DNA of 20,197 nt from Elusimicrobiota bacterium (GTDB lineage: Bacteria; Elusimicrobiota; UBA8919). The notes under the pieces are model-generated. The model saw nothing but the letters and a program-made list of their open reading frames with translations, had not been told where the DNA came from and made no database searches. The stretch is taken from the NCBI GenBank assembly GCA_043816185.1, contig JBDRIG010000030.1, positions 1-20,197 of the forward strand. The letters run 5' to 3'. This document shows positions 1 through 8,276 of this stretch, one piece after another. Made by a program: the position numbers and the translations under genes. Within the stretch, counting starts at the first letter, position 1. The number at the start of each line of letters is the position of its first letter.

Positions 1-138
1 TTTGATCTAAATAATAAACTTTTGGAGTTTGTTGACGACTACAACCAAAACAAAAGACTCAAAAAATTAAATTACAAAACACCATCGCAGTACTTAAAAG
101 ACACAAAAGGAATTACTCTACAACGTATCGTTAGCTAA
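1..138 (+). CDS. C-terminal fragment of an integrase-core (IS481/IS3-like) transposase, truncated by the window edge
   Basis: Frame 1 is open from 1 to TAA at 136-138: FDLNNKLLEFVDDYNQNKRLKKLNYKTPSQYL..., matching the YN-x3-R-x3-L-x3-TP signature of DDE/rve transposase C-termini. Not in the ORF track. Confidence 0.7.
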   Translation, partial: FDLNNKLLEFVDDYNQNKRLKKLNYKTPSQYLKDTKGITLQRIVS

Positions 139-140
139 CA
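1..140 (+). mobile_element. Right end of a probable IS481-family insertion sequence
   Basis: The transposase stop runs into ...TAACA (ACA 138-140). IS481-family elements have TGT...ACA ends, and the stop codon often lies within the right IR. Confidence 0.55.
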
Positions 141-526
141 AATAATGGATTTAATTTTTTAATTATATCGTCGGCAATTTTTTGTGGTTTTAGGTTTGAA
201 TTGACACACACAAGCGTGGTTTTTCCTGCCACAATCAGCCGTTTTGTTTCTTTTTCTTCGATTTTGTACGATAATTCCAATCGAACACCAGCAACAGAGT
301 CAAGCTGTGTTTGAACTTTTATTGTTTCACCATATCTTGCAGGTGATCTATAGTCGGCTTCAGCATGACTGACAACAAACAGTACTCCGCATTCAGCAAG
401 ATTTTTTACATCTATACCTTTTTCAGCTAAAAATTCGGTTCTTGCCCTTTCGAAATATGTAAAATAATTTGCATAGTAAACAACCCCGCCACAGTCGGTA
501 TCTTGATAATAAATTTTAATTTCCAT
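131..526 (-). CDS. ybgC: YbgC/FadM-family (hotdog) acyl-CoA thioesterase
   Basis: N-terminal YYQDTDCGGVVYYANY..YFERARTE motif; 131 aa. Confidence 0.88.
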   Translation of the reverse strand: MEIKIYYQDTDCGGVVYYANYFTYFERARTEFLAEKGIDVKNLAECGVLFVVSHAEADYRSPARYGETIKVQTQLDSVAGVRLELSYKIEEKETKRLIVAGKTTLVCVNSNLKPQKIADDIIKKLNPLFVS

Positions 527-896
527 TTTTTTCTTTCACTTTTATTTTATTCCAATTAGAAATTATTTCACTCACAGATTTAACCTTTTTATTGGCAAAA
601 ACATGCGGATGCCGTCTTTTCAATTTTTTTATGAGAACATCAAGCACATCATCAATCGTAAATTTTTTCTGTTTTTTTGCGATTTGCGAGTGGAACATTA
701 CCTGTAAAAGAATGTCACCAAGCTCTTCTTTCATCTCGTCGGTTTTTTCAGATTTTACTGCATCGACAAATTCAGCAGTTTCTTCTTTAAGATATTTTAA
801 AAGTGATTTATGCGTCTGTTTTCTATCCCACCCACAGCCTTTTGCCGATAGTAGAATTTCAAATACTTTTTTCAGTTCATCAAATTTTTTGGACAT
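516..896 (-). CDS. mazG: MazG nucleotide pyrophosphohydrolase (single domain)
   Basis: GCGWDRKQT, EETAE, EELGDILLQVMFH and RRHPHVF motifs. Confidence 0.9.
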   Translation of the reverse strand: MSKKFDELKKVFEILLSAKGCGWDRKQTHKSLLKYLKEETAEFVDAVKSEKTDEMKEELGDILLQVMFHSQIAKKQKKFTIDDVLDVLIKKLKRRHPHVFANKKVKSVSEIISNWNKIKVKEKNGN

Positions 897-945
897 AAAA
901 TAAGGTTAGAAATCATTTTCAACACTTTTTTCTAATTTCATTTTG

Positions 946-1353
946 TCAAATATCAGGACTCAATTCAGTTTTTCCTACGGAGAAAAAAAGCCAGTTCTTA
1001 TCGTCAGGATTATTTTTTTTTAATTTGATAAGACAAAATTTACCGTTTAATTTTTTACCTTTGAGGTCAAATATAATTTCATCGGATTTAAGCTTTTCAT
1101 GAATATATTGTCCGCTATCCCATATTTCAACTTTGCCTGCACCATATTGACCTTCGGGGATAATACCTTCAAATTTTGCATAATCAAGTTCGTGATCGGG
1201 GACGGCAATTGCAAGTCGTTTAATTTTTGGATCAGACGATGGTTCTTTTGGAATTGCCCAACTTTTTAAGACACCATCTTTTTCCAAACGGAAATCATAA
1301 TGCAAATGTTTTGCAAAGTGTTTATGGACAACAAAAATAAGACCTTTATTCAT
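946..1353 (-). CDS. Stand-alone DNA ligase D 3'-phosphoesterase (PE) domain protein
   Basis: FVVHKH..HLHYDFRLE.DGVLKSWAIPKEPS..RLA...DH.LDY..FEG.IP.GQYGAG.V.IWD.G. Start moved to ATG 1353 (MNKGLIF); the longer ORF call extends into the repeat element. Confidence 0.88.
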   Translation of the reverse strand: MNKGLIFVVHKHFAKHLHYDFRLEKDGVLKSWAIPKEPSSDPKIKRLAIAVPDHELDYAKFEGIIPEGQYGAGKVEIWDSGQYIHEKLKSDEIIFDLKGKKLNGKFCLIKLKKNNPDDKNWLFFSVGKTELSPDI

Positions 1354-1410
1354 ATTCAAAATTTTATAATAAGATGCTCTATGAGACTGTGTTGCAACAG
1401 CAAAATGTGT

Positions 1411-1629
1411 GTCATCCAGACTATGTCGCAATGAGCTAAAAAGTTGCATTTTTATAGAAGATAACAACTGATGATAAAATATGGTACTGTAATCCAACAC
1501 TAGATGGTAAAAGATGGATTACAACACAGTCTGATTCGAGAAGCGAATGAAATGAGCGACGAAGCAATCTCGAACTTCAACTTCAACACAGAGATTACCA
1601 CGAGCCGATAAATCGGCACTCGCAATGAT
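1411..1629. repeat. REP/RPE-like palindromic element (GTCATTGCGAG...GCAATCTC...GAGATT...CTCGCAATGA type), interrupted by the inner MITE
   Basis: GTCAT (1411-1415); GAGCGACGAAGCAATCTC (to 1571); GAGATT (1591-1596); hairpin GCCGAT-AA-ATCGGC (1604-1617); CTCGCAATGA (1619-1628). Confidence 0.7.
1417..1533. mobile_element. Nested inner MITE with related TIRs
   Basis: CAGACTATGTCGCAAT (1417-1432) vs ATTACAACACAGTCTG (1518-1533), 13/16 complementary; flanks ATC/ATT; internal IR TGTAATCCA (1488-1496) / TGGATTACA (1515-1523). Confidence 0.6.
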
Positions 1630-1676
1630 CAAAAGTGGAGTTGCGACACAGTCCCTATATTCCCTTTTCTTAAAAA

Positions 1677-3488
1677 TTATTTGTTGCGTTTAGTCGCCGA
1701 AAGTATTTTTTTTCTAAGGCGAATGGATTTTGGAGTTATTTCTATGAGTTCATCGTCTTTTATAAATGTTATTGCTTTTTCAAGTGTCATTGGCTGGATC
1801 GGAGTAAGAACTATATTATCATCGTTTCCTGCCGACCTCATATTTGAAAGTTTTTTTTCTCTGCACGGGTTCACATTTAAATCACTATCACGATTATTTT
1901 CGCCGATTATCATGCCTTCGTACACTGGGTCATTAGGAGACACAAAAAGTATTCCACGCGCTTCGAGATTATAGATAGCATACGGCACAGCTTTTCCTGC
2001 TCTGTCGGAGACTAACGAACCAGTTGTTCTTAATACAAAGTCGCCCCTGTATTCCTCGTAACCCTTAATGTACGAATTCATCACCCCTGTTCCTCTTGTA
2101 TCTGTAAGAAATTCACTTCTATATCCGATTAATGCTCTCGTTGGAACTGTAAATTCTAATTGTACTCTTCCAGTTCCATGATTTACCATATTAACCATCT
2201 TTCCTTTTCTACATGAAATTTTTTCTATGACTATACCAATGTTAGATTCGGCACAATCGATGAAAAGGTATTCTATTGGCTCTAAAATTTTCTCCCCTTT
2301 CTTTTTAAGTATCACTTGTGGTCTACCGACATTGAGCTCAAAATCTTCCCGTCTCATCATTTCAATAAGTATTTCCATCTGAAATTCGCCCCTTCCTTTA
2401 ACTATGTAATTATCGGATGCGGGAATTTCTTCAACCTGTATAGCAACATTCTGCAATGTCTCTTTTGTAAGGCGTTCCAATATTTTTCTCGACTGAACAA
2501 TGCTTCCTTCTGTTCCAGATAGTGGTGATGAATTAATTGTGAACATCATAGAAATTGTAGGTTCATCAACTTTTATTCTTTTCATTGCTTTGGGAGTTTC
2601 CTTATTGCAAATTGTATCACCAATCGAAACATCTTCTATGCCGGCAAGAATCACAATATCTCCTGCCTCGGCAAATGCTACTTCTTTGATGCTAATCCCG
2701 TCGTAGACCTGAAGTTTTGTTGTTTTTAGCGGAATAATATTGCCATTTTCTTTGATACAAACAAGCGTATCATTCTTATTTACCTGCCCATTAAATATTC
2801 TTCCAATAGCAAGACGTCCGACATAATCTGAATAATCAAGGTTGCATACAAGCATCTGAAAAGGTTCGTCGGGATTATATGAGGGACCAGGAATTTCAGA
2901 TAATATTGTGTCAAATAGAATACCTAAATCCTTTCCTTTTTCATTAAGTGTTTTTTGTGCTATACCCTCCCTACCGATAGAATAAATTACGGGAAAATCT
3001 ATCTGATGGTCTTTTGTATCAAGGTCCATAAACAATTCATAGATATTGTCAAGAACTTCATTCGGACGAGCATCCTTCCTATCAATTTTGTTAATTAATA
3101 CGATTATTTTAAGTCCAGATTTTATGGCTTTTTGCAAAACAAATCTTGTTTGAGGCAATGGGCCTTCAGCGGCATCGACGAGAAGTATGGCTCCGTCGAC
3201 CATTTTGATCGCTCGTTCTACCTCACCGCCAAAATCAGCGTGTCCTGGAGTATCTAAAATATTTATTCTCACACCTTTCCACTGTGCTGAGCAGTTTTTT
3301 GCAGAAATTGTCACACCACGCTCTCGTTCAAGATCCATACTGTCCATCACACGCTCCGAAACATCCTGATTTTCCCTGAATATTCCACTCTGACGTAGCA
3401 TAAAATCAACAAGTGTTGTTTTTCCGTGATCAACATGTGCGATGATGGCAATGTTTCGTACTTTGTCGTTTATTTTAATGTTTTTCAT
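1677..3488 (-). CDS. typA: Translational GTPase TypA/BipA
   Basis: RNIAIIAHVDHGKTTLVD, DTPGHADFGGEVER, GRGEFQ and C-terminal EITPKSIRLRK; 603 aa. Confidence 0.97.
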   Translation of the reverse strand: MKNIKINDKVRNIAIIAHVDHGKTTLVDFMLRQSGIFRENQDVSERVMDSMDLERERGVTISAKNCSAQWKGVRINILDTPGHADFGGEVERAIKMVDGAILLVDAAEGPLPQTRFVLQKAIKSGLKIIVLINKIDRKDARPNEVLDNIYELFMDLDTKDHQIDFPVIYSIGREGIAQKTLNEKGKDLGILFDTILSEIPGPSYNPDEPFQMLVCNLDYSDYVGRLAIGRIFNGQVNKNDTLVCIKENGNIIPLKTTKLQVYDGISIKEVAFAEAGDIVILAGIEDVSIGDTICNKETPKAMKRIKVDEPTISMMFTINSSPLSGTEGSIVQSRKILERLTKETLQNVAIQVEEIPASDNYIVKGRGEFQMEILIEMMRREDFELNVGRPQVILKKKGEKILEPIEYLFIDCAESNIGIVIEKISCRKGKMVNMVNHGTGRVQLEFTVPTRALIGYRSEFLTDTRGTGVMNSYIKGYEEYRGDFVLRTTGSLVSDRAGKAVPYAIYNLEARGILFVSPNDPVYEGMIIGENNRDSDLNVNPCREKKLSNMRSAGNDDNIVLTPIQPMTLEKAITFIKDDELIEITPKSIRLRKKILSATKRNK

Positions 3489-3540
3489 ATATTATTCAAG
3501 ATTTGATTTGCGATAAAAGTTTGTGATAAAAGATGGAAGA

Positions 3541-3570
3541 ATTATAAAGTTTGTCCTTTATGTCTTTCAA
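3541..3570 (-). promoter_or_regulatory. Putative sigma70 promoter for typA
   Basis: Minus strand TTGAAA (3570-3565), 18-bp spacer, TATAAT (3546-3541). Confidence 0.5.
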
Positions 3571-3584
3571 CAATTTGATTTTCA

Positions 3585-3624
3585 GTATCGAAGACTTAAT
3601 CCGTGTATCGAAAACCCAATCCGC
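3585..3624. repeat. 20-bp tandem duplication upstream of the typA promoter
   Basis: GTATCGAAGACTTAATCCGT / GTATCGAAAACCCAATCCGC (16/20 identical). Confidence 0.6.
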
Positions 3625-3678
3625 TACCACAAAATCCACACTTTAATTTATCTCTACAATAAAATCTGAAGAATCTCT

Positions 3679-3766
3679 CCTTTTGACTATAAATTTTGAC
3701 TACAATGTCAATGTATTTCTATATGCTCCTGTCTAACGACCTGTACTGTATTGTTTCAGCGATGTG
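3679..3766. repeat. Direct repeat, distal copy: duplicated comM 3' end plus degenerate TA promoter
   Basis: 3693-3766 equals 4834-4907 at 73/74 nt. The match extends to 3679/4811 with a 9-bp deletion (TTGTAGTAT) in this copy. On the minus strand it reads [15 protein letters not shown]. Confidence 0.95.
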
Positions 3767-3780
3767 CGAGAATCTATTTA

Positions 3781-4245
3781 TCAAAAATCCAATTCTAACT
3801 GCGGATTTTCTTTTTTAACCACTTCTATAATTTTTGTTACAAATTCTTCGGCACATTTTAAGGCGTTTTCTGCTTCCACTTTTGAGACTGGAGAGAGTGG
3901 TTCATATGTAAACTGATTGCGTTTCCGGCGCATAACATCAAACCTTTTAATAAGTTCTTTGAATTCTTTCACGAGAATTATGTCGGCAAACTCAATAACC
4001 GTCTTGTGTTGTTGACCGTCTATCGGACGATACCCATTCAAAAACATTAAGGTCCTGCCGCATCTCAACATTGCCAAATAAGCGTAATTATACGACACTT
4101 CTTCGTCAAATTTTAAATTATGTTTTGCCACAATCAAATCTTTTTTTGCCCTATTCAGATGATTTTTCATCTGGGTAAAATCTACTTCCTGCTTTTTAAT
4201 CAATCCTTTATTTAACAGTTCGTGCAGTAAATTATTATAAGGCAT
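3781..4245 (-). CDS. HEPN-domain protein (putative toxin of the MNT-HEPN pair)
   Basis: Helical HEPN pattern (A..DL..AK, YNYAYLAMLRCGR, H.TVIEF, R.KRN..TY, EAE.A...AEEF). ATG at 4245 overlaps the end of the MNT gene. Confidence 0.85.
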   Translation of the reverse strand: MPYNNLLHELLNKGLIKKQEVDFTQMKNHLNRAKKDLIVAKHNLKFDEEVSYNYAYLAMLRCGRTLMFLNGYRPIDGQQHKTVIEFADIILVKEFKELIKRFDVMRRKRNQFTYEPLSPVSKVEAENALKCAEEFVTKIIEVVKKENPQLELDF

Positions 4246-4801
4246 TTTTATCTCCAATCAAAAATATTTTCGGCTGTTTTAACACTTCGGCTATGAACGG
4301 ATTGTTTGTCTTTTTTTTAAAATCGTTATAATCATACAGGGAATAGTTTATTTCTCTTTGTAGTTTTCTTTCAAGTTTACCAAATACTTCAACAAGTTTA
4401 TTCTCATCCACTTTACCTATAATAAAAACATCTATATCGCTTGCCTGATTTTGCTCATTTTTTGCAAAAGATCCGTAAATAAAAGATATTTTTATTCCTT
4501 CTATTTTTTCCAGCATTGATTTTATTGTTGTCTGTATTCCTATGGTCTTAAAAACTATGCTTTTTAATTCAGCATAAAGCGGATACTTTTTACTTAAAAA
4601 ATAGTAAGTGAGATTTCCTTTTTTTTCAGATTGAAAAAGCCCCATTTTCTCAAGATTAATCAGTTCCCGACGGATATTTGCTACCGATAAACCTAATATC
4701 CTTTCAAGTTCTCTTAAATAATATTTTTTTTCAGGATTAGTAAAGTATAGACATAATAATTCTTTCCGTAATTTTGATTTGATGATTTGTAATATCTCCA
4801 T
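4235..4801 (-). CDS. wHTH-fused minimal nucleotidyltransferase (MNT antitoxin)
   Basis: N-terminal HTH (YYLRELERILGLSVANIRRELINLEKMGL) and a GS-x10-DxD motif (YGSFAKNEQNQASDID). Confidence 0.9.
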   Translation of the reverse strand: MEILQIIKSKLRKELLCLYFTNPEKKYYLRELERILGLSVANIRRELINLEKMGLFQSEKKGNLTYYFLSKKYPLYAELKSIVFKTIGIQTTIKSMLEKIEGIKISFIYGSFAKNEQNQASDIDVFIIGKVDENKLVEVFGKLERKLQREINYSLYDYNDFKKKTNNPFIAEVLKQPKIFLIGDKNAL

Positions 4802-4802
4802 C

Positions 4803-4852
4803 TTGTAGCCCCTTTTGACTACAATTGTAGTATATTTTGACTACAATGTCAA
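4803..4852 (-). promoter_or_regulatory. MNT-HEPN promoter overlapped by two tandem 22-bp palindromic operators
   Basis: Minus strand TTGACA (4852-4847), 17 bp, TACAAT (4829-4824). TTGTAG-N10-CTACAA occurs at 4803-4824 and again at 4825-4846. Confidence 0.8.
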
Positions 4853-4907
4853 TGTATTTCTATATGCTCCTGTCTAACGACCTGTACTGTATTGCTTCAG
4901 CGATGTG
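4811..4907. repeat. Direct repeat, proximal copy (functional comM 3' end plus TA promoter)
   Basis: Partner of 3679-3766; offset of 1141 bp over the 74-bp core. Confidence 0.95.
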
Positions 4908-6386
4908 AGGAGTTTGAATGTTTTCGGAGGCAGATATGTCGGCAATAGTCCTGGCAACTTTCAAAATTCTGTCGTGTGCACGGGCGGAAAAGCCGAGTTT
5001 ATCCATCGCATGTTTTAATAATTTTTTGCTTTCGTCTCCAATTTCACAGTAATTTTTTATGTGTTTTGATTCCATATGAGCGTTGCAGTAGATATTTTTT
5101 TCAACTTTGAATCTTTCTTTTTGTATTCCTCTCGCTTTTATTATTCGTTTTCTTATGTTTTCTGATGAATCTGAAACAGATACTTCGGAAAGTTCCTCAA
5201 ATTTTACCGACGGAACATCTATGTGCAAATCTATCCTATCTAACAATGGGCCAGATATTTTGGAAACATATTTTTGAATTACAAATGGTGTGCAAGTGCA
5301 TTCCTTCGTCGGATGTCCATAATATCCACATGGGCATGGATTCATCGCTGCAACAAGCATAAATCTCGCTGGATACATTAGAGATGCTTGGGCACGAGAA
5401 ATAGTAACAATACCGTCTTCAAGTGGTTGCCTTAAAACCTCCAAAACACTTCTATGAAACTCTGGCAGCTCGTCTAAAAATAGGGCACCATTATGTGAAA
5501 GAGAAACCTCGCCTGGTTTTGGATATGAACCACCACCAATCAGTGCAATATCAGAAATTGTATGATGTGGAGAGCGAAAAGGTCGAGTTGCAACAATAGA
5601 TGAATGTGTCGATGTAAGTCCCGCTATTGAATGAATTTTCGTCGTTTCGATTGCTTCTTCAAAAGACATCTTAGGCAGTACCGTCGGAATTCTTTTCGTA
5701 AGCATCGTTTTTCCGCTCCCTGGAGAACCGATTAAAAGTATATTGTGTCCGCCTGCACAGGCAACCTCTACCGCTCTTTTAACAAATGTCTGTCCTTTGA
5801 CATCTTTGAAGTCCACGTCGTAATGTGAAGCCGACGAAAAGAGTTTGACCAAATCAATTTTGTATGGTTGTGGTTGCGTTTCAGCGGAAATTATTTCAAC
5901 AGCTTTTTTCAGGTTTGATGCTGGGTAAACATTCAATTCATCGACGATTGCCGCTTCGTTTTTATTCATTTCTGGCAGAATCAGACCATCAAATTTTTCT
6001 TCTCTAAGTTTTATTGCAATTGGAAGAACACCATTAACCCGTCTTATTGAACCATCAAGAGACAGTTCGCCCAATAATGCATATTTTTTATTGCCAGTTT
6101 TTATTTGTTCTGTAGCGAGAAGAATTCCTATTGCAATAGGCAAATCAAAAATCGCACCTTCCTTTTTTACTCCAGCAGGTGCAAGATTGACGATAACTTT
6201 TTTCGTCGGAAAATCAAAACCGGAATTTTTTATCGCTGAAATAACCCTGTCACGAGATTCTTTTATAGATGTATCAGGAAGTCCAACTATACCAAAAGTA
6301 GGAAAACCGCTGGAAATATCAATTTCAACAGTAATGATATATCCATTTATTCCATAGACAGATGCAGAAAGTATTTGTGAGAGCAT
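4860..6386 (-). CDS. comM: YifB/ComM Mg-chelatase-like AAA+ ATPase
   Basis: [71 protein letters not shown]; downstream of yraN. Confidence 0.95.
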   Translation of the reverse strand: MLSQILSASVYGINGYIITVEIDISSGFPTFGIVGLPDTSIKESRDRVISAIKNSGFDFPTKKVIVNLAPAGVKKEGAIFDLPIAIGILLATEQIKTGNKKYALLGELSLDGSIRRVNGVLPIAIKLREEKFDGLILPEMNKNEAAIVDELNVYPASNLKKAVEIISAETQPQPYKIDLVKLFSSASHYDVDFKDVKGQTFVKRAVEVACAGGHNILLIGSPGSGKTMLTKRIPTVLPKMSFEEAIETTKIHSIAGLTSTHSSIVATRPFRSPHHTISDIALIGGGSYPKPGEVSLSHNGALFLDELPEFHRSVLEVLRQPLEDGIVTISRAQASLMYPARFMLVAAMNPCPCGYYGHPTKECTCTPFVIQKYVSKISGPLLDRIDLHIDVPSVKFEELSEVSVSDSSENIRKRIIKARGIQKERFKVEKNIYCNAHMESKHIKNYCEIGDESKKLLKHAMDKLGFSARAHDRILKVARTIADISASENIQTPHIAEAIQYRSLDRSI

Positions 6387-6520
6387 ATTTTTTTCTTTTA
6401 AGGTAGGACGGTCGAGTAGATTCTACGAGTAAATTCAGCACAGATGAATCTTTCGGTGAAAATCTTTAAACCCTATCACTACTTCATTAAGTTCAGTTTG
6501 TTATTGTGAATGACCTTGTC

Positions 6521-6550
6521 TGTCATTGCGGGAAGTGAATGAAATGAGCG
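6521..6550. repeat. 5' half of a REP-like element (same family as 1411-1629)
   Basis: TGTCATTGCGGGAAGTGAATGAAATGAGCG; 6532-6550 matches 1540-1558 at 18/19. Confidence 0.7.
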
Positions 6551-6553
6551 TTA

Positions 6554-6695
6554 GAGGTTGTCCGACAAATCGTAAAACAGTCATTTTTTTTTGTAAAATA
6601 TAGCAGTATTTGGCAACTAACGGCAACAAACAACACATCATTTTTTTACTAACGCTGTGTCGTCGGTAAAGCGGAATAGGTTGTTGGACAGCCAC
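6554..6695. mobile_element. MITE-like element with 15-bp TIRs
   Basis: GAGGTTGTCCGACAA (6554-6568) vs TTGTTGGACAGCCAC (6681-6695), 12/15 complementary; TA on both flanks. Confidence 0.55.
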
Positions 6696-6733
6696 TATTA
6701 CGCGATAGATGTATAACAATCCAATCGTCGCCG

Positions 6734-7093
6734 CTATATTGCGAAACCAGATGGTGCAAACGCATTTTTTATATGTTCAATTTTATCATTGCAGATGGCA
6801 ACTATGTCAAATCTATAATCAGTATTCAGAGATTTTTTTTTAATGAAGATAATGGCGGCAAGAGCTAAATGCTTTTGCTTATATTTAGTAACGGCAAGTT
6901 GTGGATCTCCATAATTACTATCTTTTCTGGTTTTAACCTCTACAAAAACAAATGTTTTTTTGTCTTTGACAATTATGTCTATCTCTCCATATCTGGTTCT
7001 GAAATTTTTCGCTACGATTTCATAACCAATTTTTTTAAGATATTCCTCAGCAAGTTCTTCTCCAGATTTTCCAAATTCACTCGACTGATTCAT
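6734..7093 (-). CDS. yraN: YraN family (UPF0102) endonuclease
   Basis: G..GE.LA..YL...GY.I...NFR...GEIDII, FVEVKTR and YRFDIV motifs; start set to ATG 7093, directly after the rnhB stop. Confidence 0.93.
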   Translation of the reverse strand: MNQSSEFGKSGEELAEEYLKKIGYEIVAKNFRTRYGEIDIIVKDKKTFVFVEVKTRKDSNYGDPQLAVTKYKQKHLALAAIIFIKKKSLNTDYRFDIVAICNDKIEHIKNAFAPSGFAI

Positions 7094-7094
7094 A

Positions 7095-7748
7095 TCACCT
7101 TGATTTATAATTTTCTGATTTATAGCTTCGCACAGGTTCAAAACTTTTTCTGTGAATTTTACAGGGACCAAATATTTCAATCGACTTTACATGAAATTTT
7201 GTGCCATAACCCTTATGTTTTGCAAAACCATAATTGGGAAATTGCCTGTCATATTTTTCCATCAACACATCACGTGTCACTTTTGCAACAACTGAAGCAG
7301 CCGCAATAGATGCACTTTTTGAATCGCCCTTCACAATCGTTTTCTGAGCAATCTTTATATTTATTGTTTGATTACCGTCTATAATAACTAATCTTGGACT
7401 AACTTTCAATTTTTCAATTGCAATTTTCATTGAAAGTTTTGTTGCTTCTAAAATATTAATACGGTCTATTACCAGGTGGTCTACAATTCCGACCTGCCAG
7501 TCAATGCATTTTTTGATAATTTCTTTATAGACGGAATACCTAATTTTTGGGGTGAGTTTTTTTGAATCGTTTAGATTTTTTATTGAGGTGTTTTTTTTTA
7601 GTATCACTGATGCTGAAACAACGGGTCCTGCCAATGAACCTCTGCCTGCTTCGTCAACACCGACGACAAAACCAAATTTACAAAATTTTTTGTCAAAATC
7701 AAACAATTTTTTTCCCGAAAACACTCGGGATTTCGTTTTATTCAGCAT
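7095..7748 (-). CDS. rnhB: Ribonuclease HII
   Basis: [36 protein letters not shown] and HKGYGT motifs. Confidence 0.96.
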   Translation of the reverse strand: MLNKTKSRVFSGKKLFDFDKKFCKFGFVVGVDEAGRGSLAGPVVSASVILKKNTSIKNLNDSKKLTPKIRYSVYKEIIKKCIDWQVGIVDHLVIDRINILEATKLSMKIAIEKLKVSPRLVIIDGNQTINIKIAQKTIVKGDSKSASIAAASVVAKVTRDVLMEKYDRQFPNYGFAKHKGYGTKFHVKSIEIFGPCKIHRKSFEPVRSYKSENYKSR

Positions 7749-8181
7749 TATTTGCTTCTATTTTCACTTCGCTCTTAACAGACTCATTTGCAACAGGCTC
7801 TTTTACAGCAGACTCTTTTGCTACGATGATTTCTTTTACTTTTTTTTCTTCAATTTTTGCCAATTTGCCAGACAATCCACGCAAATAATATAAACGGCTT
7901 CTTCTTACCTTACCAAGTTTTACAATTTCTATTTTTTCTATGCGTGGCGAGTTAAGAAGAAAAATTCTTTCAATGCCAATACCAAAAGAAACTTTTCGGA
8001 CTGTAATTGTCTTGCTGATACCAGCACCCTTTTTTCTTAAAACCACTCCCTCAAAAATCTGAGTTCTCTCAAAATCACCCTCAATAATTTTGTAGTGGAC
8101 CTTTACCGAATCTCCGGGCCTAAAAATAGGTATCTCTTTTTTTTGATACTGATTTTCAACAACACTCATAATGTTTTCCAT
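7738..8181 (-). CDS. rplS: 50S ribosomal protein L19 with a low-complexity C-terminal extension
   Basis: [30 protein letters not shown] and [12 protein letters not shown] motifs; GGAGG RBS upstream. Confidence 0.97.
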   Translation of the reverse strand: MENIMSVVENQYQKKEIPIFRPGDSVKVHYKIIEGDFERTQIFEGVVLRKKGAGISKTITVRKVSFGIGIERIFLLNSPRIEKIEIVKLGKVRRSRLYYLRGLSGKLAKIEEKKVKEIIVAKESAVKEPVANESVKSEVKIEANNAE

Positions 8182-8276
8182 TTTTTTCTCCCTCCAAAGT
8201 ATTGTGGTGAACTGACATGAAACCTAAAGCACGAAATATAATATGTAAAACAGATACTAAACTATTTCCGTGTCAG

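Larger units (their letters stand above)
1383..1655. mobile_element. MITE-like element with 16-bp terminal inverted repeats
   Basis: GAGACTGTGTTGCAAC (1383-1398) vs GTTGCGACACAGTCCC (1640-1655), 14/16 complementary; TAT on both flanks (1380-1382, 1656-1658); no ORF. Confidence 0.7.

Noticed and set aside
1354..1500. N-terminal 49 aa of the 184-aa LigD-PE ORF call
   Set aside because: Runs through the MITE/REP; similarity to the PE domain starts at Met 1353.
3679..4907. Prophage/ICE, or DGR template-variable repeat pair, as explanation for the 74-bp repeat
   Set aside because: No integrase, phage or reverse transcriptase genes in the window, and a single mismatch is not the pattern of adenine-specific hypermutation.
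6501..6719. 72-aa minus-strand ORF
   Set aside because: Lies over REP/MITE sequence, with no recognisable motif or RBS.
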